From an uncultured archaeon (GTDB lineage: Archaea; Asgardarchaeota; Lokiarchaeia; Sigyniarchaeales; SOKP01): a stretch of 64,000 nucleotides of DNA. The position numbers were made by a program, and so were the translations under genes. Each line of letters starts with the position of its first letter. Position 1 is the stretch's first letter. The stretch spans positions 192,001-256,000 of the forward strand of contig CAZALK010000004.1 in assembly GCA_964486045.1 (NCBI GenBank), written 5' to 3'. The notes beneath the pieces are model-generated. The model was not told the origin of the DNA and made no database searches. It saw only the letters and a program-made list of their open reading frames with translations. Below are positions 53,512-63,451 of this stretch, one piece after another.

Positions 53512-53898
53512 TTAATCCTCCGCGAGTTTAAATAAGTTATACTTCTCAATAGGTAATAACTCTACTTTTTGCCCAATTTCAAGACTATCAATACTTTTTA
53601 CATCAAATGATCCACTTACACCAATAGAATCTTCCCCATTATCAGAAAAAAGTCTGACAGCACCAAAAAATGTTTGTTTATCATCTGCTTTCCTTTTATA
53701 AGATGACGAAAAGGTTGTAATAACCCCCTTAGGTCCAAATACAACCTCTGTAAAATCGGTACCTTGACATTTATTACAGTAAGTCCTTGGTGGATTTCTA
53801 ACATTTCCACAATTGTTACATCGTCTAACTCTTATTTTATTTCCTAATCTTGTTGGAACTTTTACACGTGTTATTAGACTTTCTTGAATACTTTTCAT
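53512..53898 (-). CDS. DUF35 zinc-ribbon/OB-fold thiolase partner
   Basis: CNNCG...PPRTYCNKC, GVITTFS; 4 nt upstream of thiolase. Confidence 0.85.
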   Translation of the reverse strand: MKSIQESLITRVKVPTRLGNKIRVRRCNNCGNVRNPPRTYCNKCQGTDFTEVVFGPKGVITTFSSSYKRKADDKQTFFGAVRLFSDNGEDSIGVSGSFDVKSIDSLEIGQKVELLPIEKYNLFKLAED

Positions 53899-54019
53899 AA
53901 TAGTTTCCCTTAAATTAATTCTAGTTTAGTATATGACTTTTTTATTCATAAAATTTTCTATAGTGTTTCAGTTGAAAAAAACTATAGAACTTATAAAACT
54001 TACAATTTTCTTTTATATA

Positions 54020-54211
54020 CTATTTATTTTGATATTTTGGCTTTCTTCCTTGCGAAATATCCATAAGCCACTCAGCAAAATCCTCCGTTGAGGAAACTAC
54101 ACCATATCCATAGGCATCTAATTCAAGAGCAATATCCATTGGAAGAGATGCTCCAAAGGTGACCATTTGTTTTGCGATTCCAACACCTATGGGGGCACAA
54201 TTATTTAGCAA
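54020..54211 (-). pseudogene. 3' remnant of an enoyl-CoA hydratase gene
   Basis: APIGVGIAKQ...ALELD...STEDFAE...RKPKY is the crotonase C-terminal helix bundle only. Confidence 0.8.
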
Positions 54212-54287
54212 AAACGAAGAAATAAAGAAAATACTAAACTAAAAATGGATGTAATAATTTAAGACCAATTATTAGATGAATGAATAA

Positions 54288-55340
54288 TTGGTCTTATTTT
54301 TGCATAAATTAAACTCTGAAACACGTGAAATTGATGGCGTATTTCGATTTCAAATCGATTTTCCTACCTCATATGGGTTAAAATTTGTGTGCATTTATTT
54401 AATTAAAATTGAAGACAAAAATGTGTTAATTGATGCCGGATTAAATTTCCCAGATTGGGAGAAAATTTTTTTTTCAGAACTTCAAAAATTGAATTTATCT
54501 ATCGGAGATATCGATTACTTAATAGTCACACATGGACATCCCGATCATTTAGGTGTTATGAATACTTTAAAAACCAAGAATCCAGACGTTCAAATTTTAA
54601 TGCATGAACTTACTCAGGAAAGTATTGCATGGATGAAAAACACTGATAATCTAGATGAAAAAAGTAAGAGAGCAGAAGAAATGTCGAAACAAATGATGAT
54701 GTACGGTGTTAGCGAAAAACAAGGTAAAAGGATTATGCAGTTTCTTACTGCAATGCGAAGCTTCACAGAATTCCAAGAACCTGATAGAATTTTACTCGAC
54801 AATGAAGAAATCTCTATAGGTAGCAACATATTAAAAATAATTTGGACCCCTGGTCATTCATTAGGTCATATTTGCATTTTTAATGAAAATACTTCTCATT
54901 TATTTGCAGGAGATCATATTCTTTCTAGAATAACTCCGCATATCGGGAGTTTTATGGTCCCTGTGGATATCTCAGCAAATTATCAAAACTATGATTTCAA
55001 TAATATTTTGAAATATTATTTAAAATCTTTGGATCGGATAGATGAGCTAGATCCTAAAATTATTTTTCCTGCTCATCAAGATGTTATATATAATTCCCAT
55101 GAACGTATATTAGAAATGAAAGCTCATCATCAAAGTAGGTTAATTGAAATTTCTCGGTTAATTGAAAATAACCCATTAACTCCTTATGAAATCTCTCAAA
55201 TTCATTTTGGAGATGAATTAGACGAGATAAATACCTTTTTAGGTCTTGGTGAAATTCTAAGCCATCTCATTTATCTGGAAAATCAAGATAAAGTAAAAAG
55301 AATTGAGAAAAATAATAGAATCTATTTTTTAAAAATCTGA
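54288..55340 (+). CDS. MBL-fold metallo-hydrolase
   Basis: THGHPDH, TPGHSLGH, AGDH, PAH. Confidence 0.88.
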   Translation: MVLFLHKLNSETREIDGVFRFQIDFPTSYGLKFVCIYLIKIEDKNVLIDAGLNFPDWEKIFFSELQKLNLSIGDIDYLIVTHGHPDHLGVMNTLKTKNPDVQILMHELTQESIAWMKNTDNLDEKSKRAEEMSKQMMMYGVSEKQGKRIMQFLTAMRSFTEFQEPDRILLDNEEISIGSNILKIIWTPGHSLGHICIFNENTSHLFAGDHILSRITPHIGSFMVPVDISANYQNYDFNNILKYYLKSLDRIDELDPKIIFPAHQDVIYNSHERILEMKAHHQSRLIEISRLIENNPLTPYEISQIHFGDELDEINTFLGLGEILSHLIYLENQDKVKRIEKNNRIYFLKI

Positions 55341-55343
55341 TAG

Positions 55344-56189
55344 TTATTCTTCAAATGATTGCAAAATGGCATCGAATCGTTTTTTTACTTGCTCTTTCCA
55401 AAATGAATCATTATGAGTGAAAATATATAATTTCTCCTTTTTAATCGCTTGGAATACAATATCTGCTACTTGATCAGGTAGAAGCATAGGAGATCCTTCC
55501 ATTAACCTTTGTATTTCCTCTGCCCTTTCCTCACTCCTCCCTTCAGGGGATAATAACTCTTTTCTCCGTTTTTCAGATATACGGCTAAGAGCAGATAAAA
55601 ATATATTGGTCTTAACAAATCCGGGACATAGAACTGAAACTTTAATATTTGGTCCATTTTCCTCCAATTCAAAGGCTAGTCTTTCTGTAAGGTGCATTAA
55701 AGCATGTTTACAAACTCCATATGTAGCACCTCCAACTCCGTTAGAAATTACTCCTTCAATTGATGAAGTATTTACAATATGACATTCATTACCTTGTTTG
55801 AGCATGATGGGAATGAACGTACGTATGCCATGAATTACTCCCCACAAATTCACCCCTAAAACCTGTTCCCATTCTTTTAGATCATATTCCCATACCAAAT
55901 TCGGTACTGCAATTCCAGCATTGTTGAACAGTAAATTTACTTCTCCAAAGGTTTCTATTGTTTGTTTCGCTAAATCTTCAACTGCATTAGCTTTTGAAAC
56001 GTCTACTACAACTGAAAGAACTTGCGTTCTTTCCCGTTTGAATTTTCTTTCTAACCTTTTTAAACGTCTCTCATCTATATCTGATATAACTACCTTCATT
56101 CCTTCTATAGCACATTTTTCGGCTAACCCTTGTCCTATGCCACTAGCCGCTCCAGTGATTACTGCTACCTTATCCTTAAATTCTTTCAT
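55344..56189 (-). CDS. Short-chain dehydrogenase/reductase
   Basis: Start MKEFKDK; TGAASGIG, NNAG, YGVCK. Confidence 0.9.
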   Translation of the reverse strand: MKEFKDKVAVITGAASGIGQGLAEKCAIEGMKVVISDIDERRLKRLERKFKRERTQVLSVVVDVSKANAVEDLAKQTIETFGEVNLLFNNAGIAVPNLVWEYDLKEWEQVLGVNLWGVIHGIRTFIPIMLKQGNECHIVNTSSIEGVISNGVGGATYGVCKHALMHLTERLAFELEENGPNIKVSVLCPGFVKTNIFLSALSRISEKRRKELLSPEGRSEERAEEIQRLMEGSPMLLPDQVADIVFQAIKKEKLYIFTHNDSFWKEQVKKRFDAILQSFEE

Positions 56190-56332
56190 ATTAAGTATAT
56201 CATCTATATTCAATAAAAAGCTTATTCCATGCATCTCAAAACTAATCAATCCTTATTAAGAGTGAAAGATAATTAGTTATTTAATAAAATATCAATTTTC
56301 TGTAAAAACAAATTTAACGATCACGATTAATT

Positions 56333-57352
56333 ATGAAAGCGGCAGTTTTTTATGGACCACGAGATATCAAAACAGAAGAAGTGGTGGATTACAAGATTCT
56401 AGATAACGAAATCCTTATAAAAGTTAAAGCTTGTGGAATTTGTGGTTCAGATTTGCATATGTATAAATTGAATCTTTTTTCTATGATACTTGTAAAACCT
56501 TCAAAGAATGGGGGAATCCCCGGTCATGAATTTAGTGGTGAGATTGTAAAAGTAGGAAGTAAAGTCAAGGGATTTATGGAAGGAGATAGAGTTGTCGCAC
56601 TTACTAATGGGGGTATGGCTGAATACGTATCTGTTCCCATTATGGATGGCCTTAATATTATAAAATTACCCTCTGGTGTTAGTTACGAGGAGGCAGCAAC
56701 ACTCGAACCCTTAGCAAATTCTTATCATGCAATGATGAGGGGTAAACCTTTTAAAGGTGCGAATATTGTTATTTTTGGTGTAGGTGCAATAGGATTAGGT
56801 ATAATCCAATGCTTGAGAGCGCTTAGTATAGACGTAAATAAGATAATTGCAATAGATTTATCAGATCATCGTTTAGATGTTGCTAAAAAGTTTGGTGCTG
56901 ATGAAATTATTAATTCCAAAGGGATAGATCCCATTCCAAAAGTTACAAAAATTGTGGGTAGTGTTCCCCTTTTTGGATCCCCCTTATTAAAGATGCCTAA
57001 AGTCGACATTGTGTATGACTGTGTAGGTTACATGAAAGAATATAAAGGACCTATAGTTCTCCAGCAATCTATAAACATGGTTCGTGATAAAACAGGTACT
57101 ATCGTGGTCCACGGGATATTCGAGGATAGTGTCTCTTTAGATCTAGTTTTTATGGTTGGTAAAGAAGTGACAATTAAGGGATCATTTGCGTTTTCTCGAG
57201 AAGAGCTCGAAAAAAGTTTAGAATTAATGCAGAACAAACAAATTGATAGAACTCAAATTATTTCTCATGAATTTTCTATAGATGAAGCAAATAAAGCTTT
57301 TGAAACTCAATGTAACACAGAGGAATCATTAAAGGTTCTAATAAAACCTTAA
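56333..57352 (+). CDS. Zinc-dependent alcohol dehydrogenase (MDR) lacking the structural-Zn loop
   Basis: CGSD, GHE, EP, GVGAIG; no 4-Cys lobe after GDRV. Confidence 0.88.
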   Translation: MKAAVFYGPRDIKTEEVVDYKILDNEILIKVKACGICGSDLHMYKLNLFSMILVKPSKNGGIPGHEFSGEIVKVGSKVKGFMEGDRVVALTNGGMAEYVSVPIMDGLNIIKLPSGVSYEEAATLEPLANSYHAMMRGKPFKGANIVIFGVGAIGLGIIQCLRALSIDVNKIIAIDLSDHRLDVAKKFGADEIINSKGIDPIPKVTKIVGSVPLFGSPLLKMPKVDIVYDCVGYMKEYKGPIVLQQSINMVRDKTGTIVVHGIFEDSVSLDLVFMVGKEVTIKGSFAFSREELEKSLELMQNKQIDRTQIISHEFSIDEANKAFETQCNTEESLKVLIKP

Positions 57353-57469
57353 TTTTTTTTAGAAAATATTATACTTAAAAATTAAGCATTTTTTGGTTCA
57401 TTTATCTTATTTATTTTTCTTGTTTCCTTTAATTGTTTTTTAATAAATTTAAAGTAAATAAATTTAGAG

Positions 57470-57676
57470 CTATGAATCAAATGCTTTAAGAATTCCATCA
57501 AATCGTTCTTTAACTCGGCTTTTCATAAATATATCTTTATGAGTAAGAATGTAGAATCTTTCTGCTTTTATTTCTTTCATTATAATCTCAGCAGCTTTTT
57601 CTGGAGAGATAGTAAGTGATTGTTTTAAAGCTTCTTCAACATCAAAATCTAATTTTGAGTAAATTACTTTTTCTAA
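57470..57676 (-). pseudogene. 3' remnant of an SDR gene
   Basis: ISPEKAAEIIMKEIKAERFYILTHKDIFMKSRVKERFDGILKAFDS aligns with the C-terminus of 55344..56189. Confidence 0.82.
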
Positions 57677-57679
57677 TTA

Positions 57680-58585
57680 TTACATGTAATCTTCGATATT
57701 TATTCCATGTTTATGAAAGTGCTCCCTAAAGGTGTTACCTCGATTTTTTATCCCTTCTGTTAAGAAATTCTCATATTGTTGTGGATCCTTCCCTTTCAAA
57801 GCCAAGATTTCGAGATAAAAAGGATTATCAAAAACATATAATTGATTCTTTTCAATTCCCTCAAGATATTTTTCTACAGCATCGTCAGGTGAAATGGCAC
57901 CTTCGGCAACAGTACCCATCAGGGATTGATAAGCTTCATCTAATTTTTCTTTGCCAAAATCTTTTAAAAGCTTTGGAGGATATTGTATCTTATCAGTATC
58001 AATATTAAGTATGTTAGTTTTTATCCATGCTGGTACAATAACAGATACGTTTATACCAAGATTATTAAGACGTGCAAAAAAAGTTTCTGATAGTCCTACT
58101 ACACCAAATTTAGCCGCGATATATGGAAGTGGTTCTGCCATACCTAAAATACCGGCTCCTGAGGCTACATTTGCTATATGTCCAGATCGTCTTTTAACCA
58201 TGCGCGGTAAAAATGCCTTCATAGAATGGATTATACTCCATAAATCCGTATCGATTACTTTCTTCCAGACCTTTAAATCGATATTGAGCATATCCCCATC
58301 CATAGCAATTCCCGCATTGTTTATTAGAAGATCTACATCTTGAAATTTGTTATAAAATTCATCAGCAGATCTTTCAAAATCTTCATATATCGATACGTCA
58401 CACTTACTCGTAAACACCTTAACATCCTCATTTTCAGCTTCTTTCTTAACTTTTTCTAGCCCCTCAATGTTAATATCCGTGAGAAAGAGATTCATTCCCC
58501 GTTTCGCTAAAGCAAGAGCAAACGAACGTCCGATACCACTGGCTGCTCCAGTTATAAAGCCATTTTTATCTTTAAAATCCTTCAT
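57680..58585 (-). CDS. Short-chain dehydrogenase/reductase
   Basis: TGAASGIG, NNAG, YIAAK. Confidence 0.9.
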   Translation of the reverse strand: MKDFKDKNGFITGAASGIGRSFALALAKRGMNLFLTDINIEGLEKVKKEAENEDVKVFTSKCDVSIYEDFERSADEFYNKFQDVDLLINNAGIAMDGDMLNIDLKVWKKVIDTDLWSIIHSMKAFLPRMVKRRSGHIANVASGAGILGMAEPLPYIAAKFGVVGLSETFFARLNNLGINVSVIVPAWIKTNILNIDTDKIQYPPKLLKDFGKEKLDEAYQSLMGTVAEGAISPDDAVEKYLEGIEKNQLYVFDNPFYLEILALKGKDPQQYENFLTEGIKNRGNTFREHFHKHGINIEDYM

Positions 58586-58779
58586 AGTTTTTCATTCCTA
58601 TTTTGACATTAATTTATGAAAAATGAAGTTAGGCATAAAAAGTTTTAAAATGTCTACATCAAGCGATTAGTTGAAAAGTTTTTAATTGATAGAATGAAAT
58701 TTGAAGTGTGTCTAATAGTCTTCTATATTGATAATCTGTTTAAAAAATTAAAATCTTAAAATAAAAAAAAAAAAGAATT

Positions 58780-59241
58780 TTAAGGAAGTACTACTTCCTT
58801 TTCACCCATATAATAAAAAATCGCTGTTAACAGACTCCCAATGATCCCTCCATAAAATCCTGCATCAAACCACCACCACCATTCCTCATCTGTCGCAATT
58901 GCAGCAAAAATTATCCCACCTATGATTGAAAGAATAAAAGCGCCAACGGCAGAGTATAATCCATACTTAACATATTTTTTATCAGGGATTTTTTCCGGAA
59001 ATTTAAGCACCAGAATAGAAATAATCATGCTGTAGAGAAGCAAAAATGCCGTTATGATTATTGGTACACCTGACACCCCAGAGAATGCTCCTACTCCCCC
59101 CCACATATAAACACCAAGATAATAATTAGAACCGTTGAAACCACCAAAATCAGTAGCAAGAAGTAGTATTGCTCCCACTGCACTTGTTATTAAAGCACCT
59201 ACAAAAAAAGTTACAGACCTATTTTCTGACATTTTGATCAA
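58780..59241 (-). CDS. Hypothetical 4-TM membrane protein
   Basis: Four hydrophobic segments; WWWWFDAGFYGG. Confidence 0.7.
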   Translation of the reverse strand: MIKMSENRSVTFFVGALITSAVGAILLLATDFGGFNGSNYYLGVYMWGGVGAFSGVSGVPIIITAFLLLYSMIISILVLKFPEKIPDKKYVKYGLYSAVGAFILSIIGGIIFAAIATDEEWWWWFDAGFYGGIIGSLLTAIFYYMGEKEVVLP

Positions 59242-59333
59242 TTTTTAATTTTGATTCTTTTTTAATATTTGATAATAAAGTTGAGTTATTAAATTATTTA
59301 AAGATTTATTTTATGTTATTAAAATGGGCAAAA

Positions 59334-60257
59334 CTAAAAATTACCCGCTTCTACAGCATCTTTAGAAACGATTTGTATTGTAGATTCAATGATTTTATAC
59401 TTATTAGACAAAAATTCGTTGATCTTTGAAATCAAATCTTCTTGATTTGAAGTAACCATTTCATTCTTTAATTTTATATGCGATGAATATACAGTCATAT
59501 TTGGTATAATTGTCCAAAGATGGGAATCAAAAAAGTCAAGAATTTCAGGAAAATTAGTCTTTAAATCTTCGGTGATTGTTTCAATATCCATTCCCTTTGG
59601 TGCCATTTCAAGCAATATTCGAGTAGAATCTCTTAATATCCTCCACGACCAATAAATAATTACAGCAGATATGCCTAAGCTCACAATAGGGTCAAGAATA
59701 ACGATTCCTGTAAAAATTATAATTATAGCTACAATAACAATGCCTATTGAAGAAGCAGCATCTGCAATCATATGGTAAAAAACACTTTTAACATTTAGGC
59801 TGGTTTTATGAGTACTCTGAAGAATTAGAACGCTTGTTATGTTTACAGCTAATCCAATAAAAGCTACAATAAGCATATAAAAGCCAAATATTTCTTGAGG
59901 ATTTAAAAATCGAAGGATTGCTTCAAAGATGATTATCCCTACAATCGGAATAAGAAATAAACCGTTTATAAAAGCGGCTAATACTTCTGCTCGATATAAT
60001 CCAAAAGTTTTACGATGACTTGCGGGTTTTTTAGAGATCCAATTAGCTAACAAACTAATGCTAATAGCGAAAACATGTGTAAACATATGACCGGAATCGC
60101 TAAATAATGCTATACTATTGGTGATAAAACCCCCTATAATTTCTACTATCATGACAACAGCAGTAATTATAAGAGATAAAAGTAATCTTCTTCTTTCTAC
60201 AGAGCGAAATTGAAACAAATGACCAGTATAAGCACTTTTGGCATCGGTATCTTCCAT
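59334..60257 (-). CDS. Cation diffusion facilitator (CzcD/ZitB-like)
   Basis: SIALFSDSGHMFTH, TFGLYRAEVL, HMIAD, HLW; likely start MEDTD. Confidence 0.9.
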   Translation of the reverse strand: MEDTDAKSAYTGHLFQFRSVERRRLLLSLIITAVVMIVEIIGGFITNSIALFSDSGHMFTHVFAISISLLANWISKKPASHRKTFGLYRAEVLAAFINGLFLIPIVGIIIFEAILRFLNPQEIFGFYMLIVAFIGLAVNITSVLILQSTHKTSLNVKSVFYHMIADAASSIGIVIVAIIIIFTGIVILDPIVSLGISAVIIYWSWRILRDSTRILLEMAPKGMDIETITEDLKTNFPEILDFFDSHLWTIIPNMTVYSSHIKLKNEMVTSNQEDLISKINEFLSNKYKIIESTIQIVSKDAVEAGNF

Positions 60258-60262
60258 ATCAA

Positions 60263-61393
60263 TCAAGTTTTTTTCTTTTTTTCTCGATTTTTTTTGGTAA
60301 CACAATAAACTGGACCTTTTCTCATGACTACTAAGCAAGAACTACAACTTTTGCATTTTGCTGGTGAAATATCACCACTTTTCCAACGATTAGGTAGATC
60401 AGGTTCGTATATTAAAGGACGACACATCGAAATAAAATCTGCATATTGGTCATCTAGTATTTTTTCTGCAGCGAGGGGATTTTTAATGCCTCCAACCAGA
60501 ATTAATTTTGTATTATTTATAAGAGGTTTTATCAATTTAGCTGTAGGTAAAAAATAGTTTTCACCCTCCGATGATTTAATCGTTTTGCTAGGATAGGGAT
60601 TTCTATGGGTTAATTGACTTTCATAAATTCCTCCACTAGGTTCAATAGCATCAAAACCAGTATCGGCAAGAATCTTGGCTATTTTTGAACTCGTACCTAA
60701 TGTAAGCCCTCCAGGTACCAAATCGTCAGTTTGGAGTTTGACTGTTATAGGGAATTCTTTTCCAAGCTCATCTCTGGTTTGATGGAAGATTTCTACAAGT
60801 ATTTTAGCCATATTTTCAATACTTCCCCCAAATTCATCTGTTCGTCTATTTGTATAAGGTGATAGGAAATTACTTAGCAGGTAGCCATGAGCAGCGTGGA
60901 GTTGGACCATATCATACTCGCATTCGTAGGCTCTAACAGAAGTTTCTTTATATTTTTTAATAAGTTCGTAAATTTCTTTAATACTTAGTTCTTTTGGTGT
61001 TGAACCCGTCGTCTTTTCTGGAATCGGAGAAGGTGCAACGGAAGGGAATTTTGGATGCTCACCTTGCCGCCCCATATGAGCAATCTGCATAGCTAGTTTG
61101 ACATCTGGTTGATCATGAACTAAATTCACTAATTTTTTGTGACCTGGAATATAGGAATCATTATCTAATCGAAGTTGATATGGGCTTCCTGTCGCACTCG
61201 GATCAATTCCGGTAAATCCAGTTATAATTAAACCTGTTCCACCGCGTGCTAAATCATTGTAAAAATCTAGTATTTTTTGACCAACATATCCATATTTTTC
61301 AGCTCTATGCTCAAAAGTAGCAGACCTGACAATTCTATTACTAATCAAAACGTTCCCAATTCTTTGTGGACTGAATAGCGTTTTTAATTTCAT
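60263..61393 (-). CDS. NADH:flavin oxidoreductase (old yellow enzyme family)
   Basis: NRIVRSAT, HAAHGY, NRRTDEFGGS, C-terminal CxxCxxC...C. Confidence 0.9.
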   Translation of the reverse strand: MKLKTLFSPQRIGNVLISNRIVRSATFEHRAEKYGYVGQKILDFYNDLARGGTGLIITGFTGIDPSATGSPYQLRLDNDSYIPGHKKLVNLVHDQPDVKLAMQIAHMGRQGEHPKFPSVAPSPIPEKTTGSTPKELSIKEIYELIKKYKETSVRAYECEYDMVQLHAAHGYLLSNFLSPYTNRRTDEFGGSIENMAKILVEIFHQTRDELGKEFPITVKLQTDDLVPGGLTLGTSSKIAKILADTGFDAIEPSGGIYESQLTHRNPYPSKTIKSSEGENYFLPTAKLIKPLINNTKLILVGGIKNPLAAEKILDDQYADFISMCRPLIYEPDLPNRWKSGDISPAKCKSCSSCLVVMRKGPVYCVTKKNREKKKKT

Positions 61394-61414
61394 TTTTATC
61401 TTGATCTTTATCAT

Positions 61415-62536
61415 TCAGTAATTATCAGGGATTTTGCGAAAGTTTTTTATATATTTTTTTTCCAAATTCTTCTTTGTTACACAATATGTTCCGGTATTCA
61501 TTGTAGTAAAGCAGGAATTACAACTGATGCATTTCGCTGGCGATAAGTCACCACTTTTCCAACGATTGGGAAGATCTGGTTCATGAATTAATGGTCTAGA
61601 AAGTGAAATAAAATCTACTTCCCCTCTTTCTAAGATTTTTTCAACAGATATCGGATTTCGAATCCCACCCACCAATATTAAGGCACAATCATTCATTAAC
61701 GGTTTCATTTTTTTTACAGTAGGAAGAAAATAATTTTCATGTTCCTCTTTTTTAACTATTTTACTTGAAGGTGTACCACTTGGCTCAATTCCGTCGAATC
61801 CAATGTCAGAAAGAATTTTTGAGATTTCGATTCCTACTTCCTTAGTAATCCTATTTGGGAGTAAATCTAATGATTGAAATTTTATTAATATCGGAAATTG
61901 TTTTCCGAGTTGATCTCTGATTCCGTTATGAATATCTCTCAAAACTTTAGTTCTCTCTTGAATATTTCCTCCAAACTCATCAGTCCGCTTGTTTGTAAAA
62001 GGAGAAAGAAAATTATTTAAAAAATAGCCATGAGCAGCATGGAGTTGGACCATGTCATATCCACATTCGTATGCCTTAAGGCCTGATTCTACAAATTTCT
62101 CAATATAATCCTTAACTTCGTCAGTTGTCAAACCCCGTGGTATTATTCCTGTTGCTTCATTAGGGATTGGTGAAGGTGCAACTGTAGGGTATTTTGGATG
62201 AATTCCTTGACGCCCAGAGTGCTGAATTTGCAAAGCAATTTTGGTATCATCATGATCATGTACCAATTTAACTAGTTTCTTGTTCCCTGGAAGATGAGAT
62301 TTATCATACATAACCATTTGATACGGACCACCTGCACCACCTGGATCTACCGCTGCAGCTCCCGTTATGATTAAACCTGTACCACCCTCTGCCAATTCTT
62401 CGTACATTTTAAGAAGACGCTCCCCAACATAACCATCTTTCTCGGCTACATGCATAAATGTTGCAGAACGTACAATACGGTTTTTAATCTGGACATTTCC
62501 AATTTTTTCCGGGCTGAAAAGGATTTTAAGTTCCAT
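61415..62536 (-). CDS. NADH:flavin oxidoreductase (old yellow enzyme family), tandem paralogue
   Basis: Same motifs. Confidence 0.9.
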   Translation of the reverse strand: MELKILFSPEKIGNVQIKNRIVRSATFMHVAEKDGYVGERLLKMYEELAEGGTGLIITGAAAVDPGGAGGPYQMVMYDKSHLPGNKKLVKLVHDHDDTKIALQIQHSGRQGIHPKYPTVAPSPIPNEATGIIPRGLTTDEVKDYIEKFVESGLKAYECGYDMVQLHAAHGYFLNNFLSPFTNKRTDEFGGNIQERTKVLRDIHNGIRDQLGKQFPILIKFQSLDLLPNRITKEVGIEISKILSDIGFDGIEPSGTPSSKIVKKEEHENYFLPTVKKMKPLMNDCALILVGGIRNPISVEKILERGEVDFISLSRPLIHEPDLPNRWKSGDLSPAKCISCNSCFTTMNTGTYCVTKKNLEKKYIKNFRKIPDNY

Positions 62537-62737
62537 TTATGTCTCAATTTTAGCTAATTTTTGTTATGTCAATTTATATTTAATATTAACAGTTCTGATC
62601 TTTTCGGGGCTAAATAAAGTTTTTACATTCACATAAATCGCTTTTATTATGATGTTGAAATAAAATATGAATTTAATAATTATTATTTTGTGATTTTATA
62701 AAAGAAGAAATTACGTAAAACAAGGTTAAATGTTAAA

Positions 62738-63145
62738 CTAATTCTCAGCTTTAAACTTTTCAAGGATTTGTTTTAAGGAATTGTAATTAATTGCTCCAGG
62801 TTGTCTTTTCAATACTTGACCGCCTTTAAGAAATATAGTTGTTGGAATAGCTGTAATACCAAATTGTTGAGCTATTAACGGATTTTCATCAGTGTCAATT
62901 TTAACGAAAATAAAATCTTTATAATATTCTTGTTGTATTTTTTTAAAGATTGGTGCAAAAATCTTACAAGGACCACACCAGACTGCCCAAAAATCAATCA
63001 CTATTATTTTTTCATTAAAATCATACGACAATCTCTTCAAATCTTCTTCATTTTTTATTGAAACAATTTCTTTGGGGATTGATTGGAGTTTCAATAGCAT
63101 TTCCGCTTTTTTCTGACGTATTTTTTCTAGTTCATCATCGGACAT
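62738..63145 (-). CDS. trxA: Thioredoxin
   Basis: DFWAVWCGPC; likely start MSDDELEKIR. Confidence 0.9.
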   Translation of the reverse strand: MSDDELEKIRQKKAEMLLKLQSIPKEIVSIKNEEDLKRLSYDFNEKIIVIDFWAVWCGPCKIFAPIFKKIQQEYYKDFIFVKIDTDENPLIAQQFGITAIPTTIFLKGGQVLKRQPGAINYNSLKQILEKFKAEN

Positions 63146-63451
63146 TCTGATCCCAATATTCGGTTTTTTAATCTTCTTGAAACTTTTATATAAAACAAGT
63201 GAATGTATTAATTTAAACACCATGATTATTAGTGATATTTCATAATATAAGAACGGCTTTGGTAAATAATTTGAAAAAAAAAAATCCGGATTTTTAATAA
63301 ATGGATGAAAAAGGGTTTTAAACAGTTTATTCACAGAAAGATGATATTTAATCTAAAAATTTTAATAATTAGATCCATGTTTTCTTTAAAAATCCTTTTA
63401 AGATTAAAATCCTTTAAATTTACTTATAGGAGTAGTTAAGTATTAATTTTC

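Noticed and set aside
59334-63334. Long N-terminal extensions in the ORF track for the CDF transporter, OYE and thioredoxin (also thiolase 53549, SDR 56249, antitoxin 21784)
   Set aside because: They overlap neighbours or AT-rich spacer; downstream ATGs match family starts
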